Source: a virus. From it: a stretch of DNA of 64,000 nt. The stretch spans positions 1-64,000 of IMG/VR virus record IMGVR_UViG_3300027927_000003, one strand, 5' to 3'. The position numbers and the translations under genes are program-made. The notes beneath the pieces were generated by a model. The model made no database searches. It was not told the DNA's origin and worked only from the letters and a program-made list of their open reading frames with translations. Shown here piece by piece: positions 49,790-59,300 of the stretch (position 1 is its first letter; every line of letters begins with the position of its first letter).

Positions 49790-50782
49790 ATGCCTAACCC
49801 CACTCAGTCTGATCTTCACATCAACGTCCCGCTGACGAATGTGTCGATTGGCTACATGATCGACCGTAAGGACTTCATCGCGGACAAGGTGTTCCCGCGT
49901 GTCCCGGTCAACAAGCAGTCAGACCTGTACTGGAAGTACCGCAAGTCGGACTGGCGTCGTACTGACGCTCAGCGTCGTGCGCCTGGTACCGAGACGGTCG
50001 GAGCCGGTTGGAAGACCGACACCGGGCAGTACTACTGCCACGTCTACGGTGTCCACAAGGATCTGGATGACCAGACCCGGGCCAACGCCGACTCCTTCTG
50101 GAGCCTGGACAAGGACGCCACGCTGTTCGTCACCAACCAGCTCCTGCTTCGTCGGGACATCGACTGGAACAACACCTACTTCAAGCCGGGTGTCTGGGCC
50201 ACCGATCAGGCTGGCGGTACTGACTTCGACCCGTGGAACGACGTGGCCTCGGACCCCATCGTCCAGTTCGCGAACCTCCAGACGGAGTTCATCCGTCAGT
50301 CGGGTCGTAAGGCCAACACCCTGGTGCTCGGTGCCAACGCGATCACCACGCTGAAGAACCACCCCGACATCATTGACCGCATCAAGTACACCCAGCGCGG
50401 TGTCGTGACCGAGGATCTCCTCGCCTCGCTCTTCGATGTGGACAAGATCCTGGTCAGCTACGCGACCCAGGAGACCTCGGGCCAGGAGTTCGCCAACGGT
50501 CAGCAGCAGGACGACAACGCTGACTACCAGTTCATGAGCAACTCCAACTCGGCGCTGCTCTGCTACACCCCGTCTGCTCCGTCGCTGATGACCCCTGCGG
50601 CTGGCTACATCTTCACCTGGAACGGTTACCTCGCTGGTAACCAGTACGGCATCCGGATGAAGAACTTCCGCATGGAGCACATCGCTTCTGACCGGATCGA
50701 GGGTGAGATGACCTACGACATGAAGGTGGTCTCTCCTGAGATGGGCGTCTTCCTGTCCGATGTCAACGGCGTTACCCCGTAA
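49790..50782 (+). CDS. major capsid protein (lambda gpE-like family)
   Basis: 330 aa with no delta domain. Its position after scaffold and decoration genes and its sequence style match the Phage_cap_E family, from memory. Confidence 0.85.
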   Translation: MPNPTQSDLHINVPLTNVSIGYMIDRKDFIADKVFPRVPVNKQSDLYWKYRKSDWRRTDAQRRAPGTETVGAGWKTDTGQYYCHVYGVHKDLDDQTRANADSFWSLDKDATLFVTNQLLLRRDIDWNNTYFKPGVWATDQAGGTDFDPWNDVASDPIVQFANLQTEFIRQSGRKANTLVLGANAITTLKNHPDIIDRIKYTQRGVVTEDLLASLFDVDKILVSYATQETSGQEFANGQQQDDNADYQFMSNSNSALLCYTPSAPSLMTPAAGYIFTWNGYLAGNQYGIRMKNFRMEHIASDRIEGEMTYDMKVVSPEMGVFLSDVNGVTP

Positions 50783-50810
50783 TCGGGTAGCACCCTTTCG
50801 GGGAACTCTG

Positions 50811-50848
50811 ATGGAGGGGTCATGCTTCGGTGTGGCCCCTCCATTTTC
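50811..50848 (+). terminator. rho-independent terminator after the capsid gene
   Basis: ATGGAGGGG/CCCCTCCAT stem (50811-50819 / 50836-50844), followed by TTTTCATC. Confidence 0.7.
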
Positions 50849-50862
50849 ATCTAGGAGTGAAG

Positions 50863-51141
50863 ATGTACTCAGCGTTCGGTGTTGAGCATGGGGAGGGGTT
50901 CTCCAAGCGTGCCCCGTCCCTGAAGGCGCTGCTGTCCCCGTACAAGGGTGGGGTGCCTAGGAACGCGAAGCGGACTCCTTCTCTGGAGAACCGCCTTGCT
51001 CCGTACAAGGGAGCTGTCCCTAAGTCCAAGGGGATCGATCAACTGAACCCGGCCAACCGACCGCTGACCATGAAGCTCCGCTCAGCACGTCGGAACGCTG
51101 CTTTCGGTAGGCAGCCCAAGCCTGGAGAGGCAATGCGATGA
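50863..51141 (+). CDS. SAFG-leader protein 5 (92 aa, basic)
   Basis: ATG at 50863 after AGGAGTGAAG. MYSAFGVEHGEGFSK. Internal repeat L(S/A)PYKG(G/A)VP(R/K). Confidence 0.7.
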   Translation: MYSAFGVEHGEGFSKRAPSLKALLSPYKGGVPRNAKRTPSLENRLAPYKGAVPKSKGIDQLNPANRPLTMKLRSARRNAAFGRQPKPGEAMR

Positions 51142-51473
51142 GTTACTCAGCGTTCGGTGTTGATCACGGTGGTGAGATCAGCAAGGGCTTGCCTAGCGCG
51201 CTGCGATCAGGTTATCGAGCAGGCTCAGGCACACAGGCAATCCGACAGAACAACCGGATCGCTGCTCACAAGTATGGTCGCGAAGCCGCGAGGAATCTGA
51301 GCGGTCAGAAGAACCCCAAGGCTGCGTTGCAGAATCCCCAGTGGGGTTCCAGTGCGCAGACTGCTTCGCATCGCATCCAGAGTGGCAAGACCCAGAAGGG
51401 CTTCTTCAGGCAGGGTCTGAGCGGTCCTGGCGGTCGCAGACTCAACAAGCCCAACGGATTCGGACTGGAGTAA
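51138..51473 (+). CDS. SAFG-leader protein 6 (111 aa, basic)
   Basis: MSYSAFGVDHGGEISK. ATGA overlap with the previous family member. Confidence 0.7.
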   Translation: MSYSAFGVDHGGEISKGLPSALRSGYRAGSGTQAIRQNNRIAAHKYGREAARNLSGQKNPKAALQNPQWGSSAQTASHRIQSGKTQKGFFRQGLSGPGGRRLNKPNGFGLE

Positions 51474-51476
51474 GAA

Positions 51477-52010
51477 ATGCCATCAATCCTTCGTGATCTC
51501 CCGGCTGTTGCCTGGGTCGCCGGTAAGAACTTCAACTTCAAGGGGAAGTCGTACCAGGTCGGGGACGAGGTTCCTGAGATCAATGAGTTCCCTCGCCTAG
51601 AAGTCTTCGTCCGGACCCGTACGGTGATCCCGGTCGTGGACTCTATTGAAGACACTCCATTCCAGTTCCGGCACACGGTGATGACTCGGGAGCGTGCTCA
51701 GCACAAGCTCAGCATCGGTCATCCCGCTGGTGGCCCCTCTGACCGGAAGCACTCGGAGACGACTGTTCGGGATCTGGGTAATACCTCCGCAGAGCAGGAG
51801 TCCGCTGAGGAGGTCGATGAGAACGAGTTCAACCCTGCCAACCACTCCATCGATGAGGTCATGGAGTACGTCGAGGAGAACCCTGACGAGGTTCTCTCGG
51901 TCTACGCCCTCGAAGAGCAGGGCAAGGACCGTCCCCGCCTGAAGAAGAAGCTGGACGAGATCCTCAACCGCCAGGCTGAGGAAGAGAACGAGGAGTCTGA
52001 CAATGAGTGA
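51477..52010 (+). CDS. hypothetical head-module protein (177 aa)
   Basis: ORF track entry with an acidic C-terminus. GGAG SD. Confidence 0.75.
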   Translation: MPSILRDLPAVAWVAGKNFNFKGKSYQVGDEVPEINEFPRLEVFVRTRTVIPVVDSIEDTPFQFRHTVMTRERAQHKLSIGHPAGGPSDRKHSETTVRDLGNTSAEQESAEEVDENEFNPANHSIDEVMEYVEENPDEVLSVYALEEQGKDRPRLKKKLDEILNRQAEEENEESDNE

Positions 52011-52344
52011 GAACCAGAACGCTGAGTACGACCCGAACGCCGAGCGCGTGGACGACCAGCGCGAAGGCACCATCAAGGATGGCGAGGCTCGTCGCGAGCA
52101 GGAGCGAGCGATCCGCGAGGCTGAGGACGCTGGTCGTCCTGGTACCGGTCTCCCCGACGAGGTTCTGGTAGACGGGCCTTCCAAGCTCGCCCACGAGGAC
52201 ACTCCGGTGCGCTCCTTCAAGGAGGCCGAGCTTGCCGAGACCCGCGACGGTCGTGACTTCGAGGGTGCTCCCTCGGCACGTGACCTTCGTGACCGTGAGC
52301 GCGAGGAGCGCGCTGAGGAGCGCGAAGAGCGTCGCGAGGCGTAA
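52003..52344 (+). CDS. hypothetical acidic/Arg-rich protein (113 aa)
   Basis: GAGGAG SD. 8-nt overlap with the previous gene. Confidence 0.65.
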   Translation: MSENQNAEYDPNAERVDDQREGTIKDGEARREQERAIREAEDAGRPGTGLPDEVLVDGPSKLAHEDTPVRSFKEAELAETRDGRDFEGAPSARDLRDREREERAEEREERREA

Positions 52345-52357
52345 GTAAGGAGAGGAC

Positions 52358-52837
52358 ATGTCAGCTACCTACGTAGGCCCCGACTCATCGGACAAGGACG
52401 CGGTTCGGTTCTTGCTCGGTGATACTGACATGTCCTCTCCCCTGGTCACTGACGAAGAGATCACCTGGGTCCTGAGCAAGTGGATGCCAGTTCACGGCAC
52501 TATCGAGTACGCCGCCGCTGCCGTGGCTGAGTCCATCGCTGCCAGGTTCGCGAAGGAGGCCAACTTCTCCGCAGATGGCGTCTCCATCTCACTGGCCAAC
52601 CTTGGCACCCAGTTCCGCGAACTTGCTGCCTCTCTGCGGAGTCAGCACAAGAGTCTGCTCGTCGGTGGGCTACCAGATGTGGGCGGCATCTCCACCGGCG
52701 AGCAGTCTGATCCGAGCGTCAAGCCGCTGGACATGGGGACCGGGATGCACGACCACCCCGAGGCTGGTCGGCAGTCGTACGGTCAGAACGACTACGTGAA
52801 CGGTTACTACGACCCGTACGAGCAGCCAGGAGTCTGA
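52358..52837 (+). CDS. head-tail adaptor (gp6/SPP1 gp15-like)
   Basis: AAGGAGAGG SD. The N-terminal DAVRFLLGDTD ... LVTDEEI pattern is typical of head-tail connector proteins. Confidence 0.7.
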   Translation: MSATYVGPDSSDKDAVRFLLGDTDMSSPLVTDEEITWVLSKWMPVHGTIEYAAAAVAESIAARFAKEANFSADGVSISLANLGTQFRELAASLRSQHKSLLVGGLPDVGGISTGEQSDPSVKPLDMGTGMHDHPEAGRQSYGQNDYVNGYYDPYEQPGV

Positions 52838-52839
52838 TA

Positions 52840-53259
52840 GTGAGCGTCTACGGGATTTCATCCCGCGCTCGTGACTACATCCGCAGGCGCGCCTCTTACA
52901 CCATGGAGGCGACCTGTCGGATCGAACGGGTGCTCCCACCTGTCTTTGACCAGACCTCAGGCAGGGCTACATCTGGCTCGCGTACGACGATCTATGAAGG
53001 CAAGTGCCGGATCTGGGAAGTCAACGCTGGTAGTGGCGTGGTCAACATCGGTGACGACGACATCTTGATGCCCACTACCCAGCTCTCCTTGCCTTGGGAC
53101 ATCGATCCGATTCCTGATCGCAAGGACCAGGTGCTGATCACTGATCACGACTCAGACTCTTCGATGATCGGTCAGCGGTTCGAGATCCAGTCTCACGTGA
53201 AGGCCGGTGACCTCCGAGCAACCCGGCGCTTCACAGTCCTGGGATTCGATCAGCGATGA
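52840..53259 (+). CDS. head closure/stopper protein (SPP1 gp16-like)
   Basis: 139 aa. The pattern C.I ... G ... LSLPW ... D.VLI ... FEI and its position fit this family. Confidence 0.65.
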   Translation: MSVYGISSRARDYIRRRASYTMEATCRIERVLPPVFDQTSGRATSGSRTTIYEGKCRIWEVNAGSGVVNIGDDDILMPTTQLSLPWDIDPIPDRKDQVLITDHDSDSSMIGQRFEIQSHVKAGDLRATRRFTVLGFDQR

Positions 53260-53903
53260 TCAGCGCATTCGGTATTGAACACGGGGTCATCAGCAAGTCG
53301 ATGATCAAGCCTGGTGTGTACCGGGCTGCCTCTTCATTGTCTGGTGCAGAGCGCACAGGCTTGAAGGCTGGCATCAAGCAGGCCAAAGCAGGATACGCTG
53401 ACGACATCTTCCCCACGCGGTACAACCGCACAACTAAGCAGCCACTTGGACATGCCCCAAGCGCCAACGCCTACGGCGGTCGAAAGCTCCATGGCAAGAA
53501 TGGTCCTCGGTGGGGCGAGAACAGGGTGGAGTGGAAATCGCCTACTGATCCAGGTGCTAAGACCACGCTGACAAACGGTGCTGACTCCACCGCAGGTGGC
53601 AGGGCGTTCGCCACCTCTAATCGCGGGACTGGCGTGATCCAGATGTATGGGAAGCCCGGAGGCACGATCAAGGGCACGCCTTCTTCTGAGGTACTTCGTC
53701 ATGAACGGCGACACATCGCTCCCAAGCGCAACCCGGTCCGTTGGCGAGAGCGCAGGGCCAGTGATCTAGTACGCGGGCGTGAAGAAGGGCGTGCTGACTT
53801 CGGTGTTCCTCGTGACCATGAGTATGGAGGCAGCCCTGAGTTCCGCGCAGGCTATGAAGAGGTACAGCGCAAGATGGCTGCGGCGAGACGGAGGAAGCAA
53901 TGA
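53256..53903 (+). CDS. SAFG-leader protein 7: basic protein with HExxH motif (215 aa)
   Basis: MISAFGIEHGVISK. ATGA overlap with the stopper gene. EVLRHERRHIAPKR ... REEGRAD. Paralog of 35661..36473. Confidence 0.75.
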   Translation: MISAFGIEHGVISKSMIKPGVYRAASSLSGAERTGLKAGIKQAKAGYADDIFPTRYNRTTKQPLGHAPSANAYGGRKLHGKNGPRWGENRVEWKSPTDPGAKTTLTNGADSTAGGRAFATSNRGTGVIQMYGKPGGTIKGTPSSEVLRHERRHIAPKRNPVRWRERRASDLVRGREEGRADFGVPRDHEYGGSPEFRAGYEEVQRKMAAARRRKQ

Positions 53904-54346
53904 GCAGCGTTGCTTCCGCTGACATCTACCGGCTCGCTGAGGCGATGCGGGAGTCTGCTGGTGGCGCTGAGATCACCACACAGAATGTGCTGGTCCACTC
54001 GGCCAACTACATCAAGTCAGACATGGAGGCGCGTGCTCCTGTCCGTACTGGTCGGTTGCGTCAGTCGATTGAGATCAAGGTAGCCACCAACAAGGTGATC
54101 ATCGGCCCCAACACCGAGTACGCCGCCTACGTGGAGTTCGGCACCAAGCCACACGTGATCTTGCCGAAGAACAAGAAGGTGCTCGTCTTCAACATGGGTG
54201 GGCAGAAGGTGTTCGCCTCTAAGGTGAACCACCCTGGCACCAAGGCTCAGCCCTATGTTCGCCCTGCCTTCGAAGCTTGGGTGGATACTCTTGGCGCGTT
54301 GGTCGCTGAGGCCAACATCAAGAGGTTGGAGGAGGCGTACAAGTGA
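53900..54346 (+). CDS. HK97 gp10-like neck/tail-completion protein
   Basis: ARAPVRTGRLRQSI ... YAAYVEFGT is the HK97 gp10 family signature. Confidence 0.8.
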   Translation: MSSVASADIYRLAEAMRESAGGAEITTQNVLVHSANYIKSDMEARAPVRTGRLRQSIEIKVATNKVIIGPNTEYAAYVEFGTKPHVILPKNKKVLVFNMGGQKVFASKVNHPGTKAQPYVRPAFEAWVDTLGALVAEANIKRLEEAYK

Positions 54347-54810
54347 CCGTACCCACCATCAACCGTGGCCCGATCACCGTTCGCCTCCTCGCAGAACTGA
54401 GAGAGGCCGGACTACCGGTTGGAGACAACGCCGCACCCACTGATCCCTACGGCTGGCAGGGAGAGCCGAACTCAGAGGGCACGAACTTCATTCCCTGGAT
54501 GGTACTCACCGCTGGGACTGCTACTGCTGGCACAGGGTCGTTTGCCGCCTCCGCTACGGAGTGGAGGCTGCCTTACACCGTCTTCTACGCTGGAGTTACA
54601 AGAGATCAACTTGACTGGCTAGCAGACAAGATGCGGGTGAAGCTCACCAACATCGAACGGGAGTCGGTGACGACCGACGCAGGAAACTGGCGGATCCAGC
54701 AGATCCGCTGTACCTCGGTGGGAGGTACGAACAGGATTGGGTCCACCTTTCCTGATTACTTCACAGAAACGGACCTCTTCGAGGTCTGGCTATCAAAGGA
54801 GAGGTCATGA
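54343..54810 (+). CDS. tail terminator-like protein (155 aa)
   Basis: Lies between the gp10-like and major tail genes. GTGA-coupled with GGAGGAGG SD. Confidence 0.6.
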   Translation: MTVPTINRGPITVRLLAELREAGLPVGDNAAPTDPYGWQGEPNSEGTNFIPWMVLTAGTATAGTGSFAASATEWRLPYTVFYAGVTRDQLDWLADKMRVKLTNIERESVTTDAGNWRIQQIRCTSVGGTNRIGSTFPDYFTETDLFEVWLSKERS

Positions 54811-55016
54811 GCCGCAGCAAGACGGTCGTCATCGAGAAGGATGGCGTTCGCGGAGTTGCAACCGAGCAGACCTTCGCTGGACTGGCGAAGCGCGGCTGGA
54901 CGGTTGTAGATGATGGAGACAAGGACCAGAAGAAGGCAGTCAACGAGCGCAAGCAGACTGTCGAGAAGATTGAGCAGCAGGAGCAGAAGCTCTTCGGCTC
55001 TGACACCAAGGAGTAA
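54807..55016 (+). CDS. hypothetical protein (69 aa)
   Basis: ATGA-coupled ORF with charged sequence. Confidence 0.6.
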   Translation: MSRSKTVVIEKDGVRGVATEQTFAGLAKRGWTVVDDGDKDQKKAVNERKQTVEKIEQQEQKLFGSDTKE

Positions 55017-55018
55017 CG

Positions 55019-55501
55019 ATGGCGCGGCTCATCCCAAATGAGAACACTTGGGTTGGCTTCCTTCCCGAGGCCAGCCTTGCGGACCACACCGCACCTACAG
55101 CTCTGGAAGTTGCTGCTGCGGAGGATCTCACCGGCTTCCTGATCTCGCTCAACGCATCGAGCCGGGGCAACGCTGTGCCTACCCCTGCGTTCGACTCGCT
55201 GTTCGAGACCAGCACTGCCGGTACCAGCTCGGCTACCTTCGACGCTGACTTCTACCGCGACGACGAGAACGACGCTGCTTGGGAGCTGCTCCCGCGTGGT
55301 ACTCGTGGCTACTTCCTGGTCAGTCGCTTCGGCGGTACTGGTACTGACAACCTGCCGATTGCTACTGACGAGATCGAGGTCTGGCCGGTCATGGTCACGT
55401 CCCGGACGATGGCGAACATGAGCAACAACACCGTGCTCACCTTCACCGTCTCCTGTGCTGTGAACATCGAGCCTGCTGAAGACGCTGTTGTCGCTGCGTA
55501 G
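55019..55501 (+). CDS. major tail protein
   Basis: 160 aa, beta-rich, immediately upstream of the chaperone pair and tape measure gene. Confidence 0.75.
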   Translation: MARLIPNENTWVGFLPEASLADHTAPTALEVAAAEDLTGFLISLNASSRGNAVPTPAFDSLFETSTAGTSSATFDADFYRDDENDAAWELLPRGTRGYFLVSRFGGTGTDNLPIATDEIEVWPVMVTSRTMANMSNNTVLTFTVSCAVNIEPAEDAVVAA

Positions 55502-55547
55502 TACAACTTCATAGCGCTACACCCTCCTACCGCCCAAGGAAGGCACA

Positions 55548-55982
55548 ATGCCAAGCAACGAGAGCAAGACCGTCGAAGCGCGCCAGAAGCAGAGCGATGT
55601 CTCCAAGGCCGCGACTCTAGACCTGTTGAAGGGAAAGAGTCGCGCCAAGGAGACGTTCTCTATTTACCTGGCTGGAGACGACGGTGAGCAGAACGAGGTC
55701 ACCCTCACCTACCAGGCCATCGGTGCCAAGGAGTACGACAAGCTCGTCTCCAAGCACCCGCCCACCGCAGAGCAGCGGGTCGATGGTTCGTCCTTCAACA
55801 TCGACTCTTTCGCCCCTGCACTGATCGCCAAGGTGTGCGTTGAGCCTGAGATGACTGAGAAGGACGCTAAGGAGATCTGGGAGTCACCGGAGTGGTCGCG
55901 TGGTGATCTGATGGTGCTGTTCCGTCACGCGGTTGAGCTGAACAACCGGGGCGTGGACATCCCTTTCAACGGAAACGTCTAA
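55548..55982 (+). CDS. tail assembly chaperone (G-like)
   Basis: 144 aa, AAGGAAGG SD. Canonical position upstream of the tape measure gene. Confidence 0.75.
   Translation: MPSNESKTVEARQKQSDVSKAATLDLLKGKSRAKETFSIYLAGDDGEQNEVTLTYQAIGAKEYDKLVSKHPPTAEQRVDGSSFNIDSFAPALIAKVCVEPEMTEKDAKEIWESPEWSRGDLMVLFRHAVELNNRGVDIPFNGNV
55961..55967 (+). promoter_or_regulatory. -1 programmed frameshift slippery heptamer C CCT TTC
   Basis: X XXY YYZ in the zero frame of the 55548 ORF (ATC CCT TTC). The -1 frame is open from 55937 and continues into ORF 56003..56344. Confidence 0.65.
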
Positions 55983-56002
55983 GGACGGATCCGAACTTCT
56001 TC

Positions 56003-56344
56003 TTGGAGATGTCCTTCTGCTTCGAGCAGGGGATACCTCATTCAGAGTTCCTCGACTGGGCTCCTGAAGACAAGGCAAAGACTCTCGCCTTCGCCATGGA
56101 GCAGGCTGCGCGTTGTTCGATGTGCGGTACTGCTCCATGGGAGTGGGAAGAGAACAAGTACGCCTACACTGCTGTTGACGAGTTCTGTAATGGCTGTTAC
56201 CAGAAATCTGTCTTCAGTGATCAGGAGTCAAGATCGCTACCAGGCACTAACGTAAAGCTGATCGCGACTACGCCATTGGTGAAGGCAAAGATGCAGGTAG
56301 CGGCCAAGAGGCGCAGGGCGAAGATGAGGTCAGTCGAGGAGTAG
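56003..56344 (+). CDS. tail assembly chaperone, T-portion (expressed as a G-T fusion by -1 frameshift)
   Basis: In the -1 frame relative to 55548..55982, with no convincing SD of its own. Contains FLDWAPEDKAK ... CSMCGT ... CNGC. Confidence 0.7.
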   Translation: MEMSFCFEQGIPHSEFLDWAPEDKAKTLAFAMEQAARCSMCGTAPWEWEENKYAYTAVDEFCNGCYQKSVFSDQESRSLPGTNVKLIATTPLVKAKMQVAAKRRRAKMRSVEE

Positions 56345-56347
56345 TAG

Positions 56348-59300
56348 ATGACATCGCAGCCGATGGAAGCCAATGTCGTACTCACCGCTGACACATCTCA
56401 GTACGACGCTTCCCTACAGCAGTCGGCTAACGCTACTGAACAGTTCGCCAAGGGTCTCGACTCGGTAACCAAGAAGCTCAACGACCTCTCCAAGTGGGGT
56501 GGGAAGAAGCTTCTGGGCTTTGCGGCAGCGGACATGGCCGCGATCACTGGTGCGACCACTGCCTATGCAGCCTTTGAGAAGCAGATGGAGAGCCTCCAGG
56601 CTCAGGCTGCTGTGCTCAACAAAGACATGGACGTGCAGAAGCGTACGTTCACTGAGTACACGGCTGCGGTCAACAGCCTGCGTTCTGCCTACGGCACATC
56701 TACCAGAGAAGCCACTGCTCTGGTCCAGGTGCTGTCCAAGGTCGGAGACAACACTCGCGGGATCACCCAGCTTGCGGACACCTTCACCCGGCTGGGCAAC
56801 GCTACTGGTGAGTCTTCTGCTGCGCTGGCACAGTCCATGCTCCAGCTCCAGCGGACCATGGGTACTCCGCAGCGAGACACCGAGAAGTACGCGAACACGC
56901 TGACCTCGCTGGCTGCGAAGACCAACACCAGCGCTCAGGGGATCTTGGAGTTCGCCAACCAGATTGCCCCGGTCGGTCGGATGATCGGCATGACCCAGAA
57001 CGAGATCACTGGTGTCTCGACTGCGTTCATCAAGGCCGGTCAGGACGGCTACACCGCTGGTAACGCCTTCAACAAGATCGTCAGCGACATCGCCTACGCG
57101 ACTCAGACCGGCTCACCAGACCTGGCTAAGTACGCCAACCTGGTCGGTGTCACGGTTGGTCAGTTCAAGGAGATGGACAAGACCGAGGCCGTCACCAAGA
57201 TCTTCGACACCCTGAACCGGCAGGGTCCTGCTGCGATCACCACGCTGAACCGTCTTGGTCTCGACGGGATGCGGACCATGCGGGCGATCACTGCAATGAG
57301 CCAGCAGACCGGTGGTATCGGTGCTGCCATCGCACAGGCAAACGGTGCTGATCCAAACGCGATGACGCGAGGATCGAAGGCAGCAACAGATGGTCTGTTC
57401 GACTCACTGAAGCGGCTCCGCTCTGAAGTGACGATGACCGCCGAGGCGTTCGGTGAGAATTTCGCGCCGTACGCAGACAAGTTCGTCACCGGCATCGAGA
57501 AGATGGCCTCAGCGGTACGAAGTCTGATGTCTGGACCTATCGGGGACATGGCATCGACACTGGCTGGTCTTGCTGCGCCACTGGCTGCCATTGGCGGTCT
57601 TGCGATGACCGCTGCGGCACCACTGGCGACCATGGCGCTGATCCGCCAGGTCGGTCGTGGCTCTCTTGGTTACGGCATCCGAGAAGGCCGTAGGGGTGGC
57701 GGCAGGATCGATGTCGGTCAAGGCAACAACATGCGGATCGGTGATCGGATCGCTGATCGTGGCGCGTTCGGTCAGCGCTGGGCGTACAACGCAGGCATCA
57801 TGGCCAGCAACCTGCTACCTGCTGCTCGGCAGCAGCCAAGCCTGGCCTCGCGTGCGCTCTACACCGCCACCGGTGGCATGTACGGGGCTCCGCGCACGCA
57901 TGGTCCGATAAGCCGAATCGCGGGTGCTGCTGGTAGTACCGCTGGCTGGGCTGCTCGGATGATCGGTGACACCTACTCACCGATGTGGTGGGGTGTGCCA
58001 GGCAAGATGGGTCTGAACGACCCGACTCAGCGGGTGCGCTGGTTCAACGCGCAGCGGCTCAGCGACTACGCAGCTATCGGCAGGATGAACGATGCTTGGC
58101 GGAACCTGGGTCAGGGTCCTGGTGGTGTGGCTACCCAGGCTGCTGCAACGGGCATGTCAGGTCGGTTCTCAGCCTTGATGAGCGGCCAGAGTCTTCCCAA
58201 GACTCTGGACGACTTCCGTGCTCGGCTTGGACCGATGGCTGGGCAAGTCAACATGCAGCAGTTGATCACCCAGGCTAACGCTGGCCTGGCCGGTACTGCT
58301 TCTTCGATGCGGATCCCTGAGGCATCAGACAAGCTGGCCAAGGCGTTCCGCACGCTGTCCTTGGAGAGCCAGTCGGCTGCACGCGGCATGGGCGGCTTCT
58401 CCCGAGGCATGGGCTCGCTGGTGTCCTCGCTGGCCATGGCTGGCGCAGGCGCTGCGCGACAGGGCGTTGGGCTGCTCGGTAAGGGTCTTGGCGCTCTGGG
58501 CATGAGCGGCCCAATGCTGGGGATCATGGGTGCCTTCGGCGGCTACATGGCCTACGACGCGATGCGGGATAAGACGGTCGGCAAGACTGAGGACCTCACT
58601 GGCTCGCTCGATCCCTACCTCCAAGCTTCTGGTCGTACCGGTCTGCCCACCTACGCAGGACAGTGGGAGAACAAGAAGCCCGAAGTCACCACGATGTCTC
58701 GGGCGAACAGGGTCACGCGCCGGGACAAGAACGTTGCTCGGCACAGCGACCACTTCCTTTCCCAGCAGAGCCTGAAGGGGCTGAGCAAGGAAGAGACCGC
58801 TGAGTATCTGTCTACTCAGTACGACATCATTCGCAACGACCCTGCCGCGATCCAGGAAATGAAGCTGGATCTGATCGACAAGTTCGATGCGTCCACTGCT
58901 GAGCAGATCATGCGGGATCTGCGCGAGGGTGATGTCGTAGACGGTGCTGCGCTCCGGTCTGCGATGAACCAGCCCAACCGGTACAAGGTCTTCGGGCCGA
59001 GCAACGAGGCGGTTGGTAAGAAGCTCAGCTACGCGCAGTCGATGCGCGATGAGCGGGTTGATCTGGTCTGGAGCAAGTACGGTGACCGCGCCGCTGACAT
59101 CGAGCGTGGTCGTGGCATGGCTGCCATGGTCGGTGGCTTCACCAGAGAGGGTGGCACCAGAGCTGGTGTCGCCCAAGACAGGTTCCGGCTCGACTTCGGT
59201 GGGCTGGGCTTTGGTAACAAGACCGGCTTCGACAAGTTCACCGACGAGCAGGAAGAGTTCGCTCGGCACCTGCAAGACGCCTACGGCTGGCAGTCCTTCG

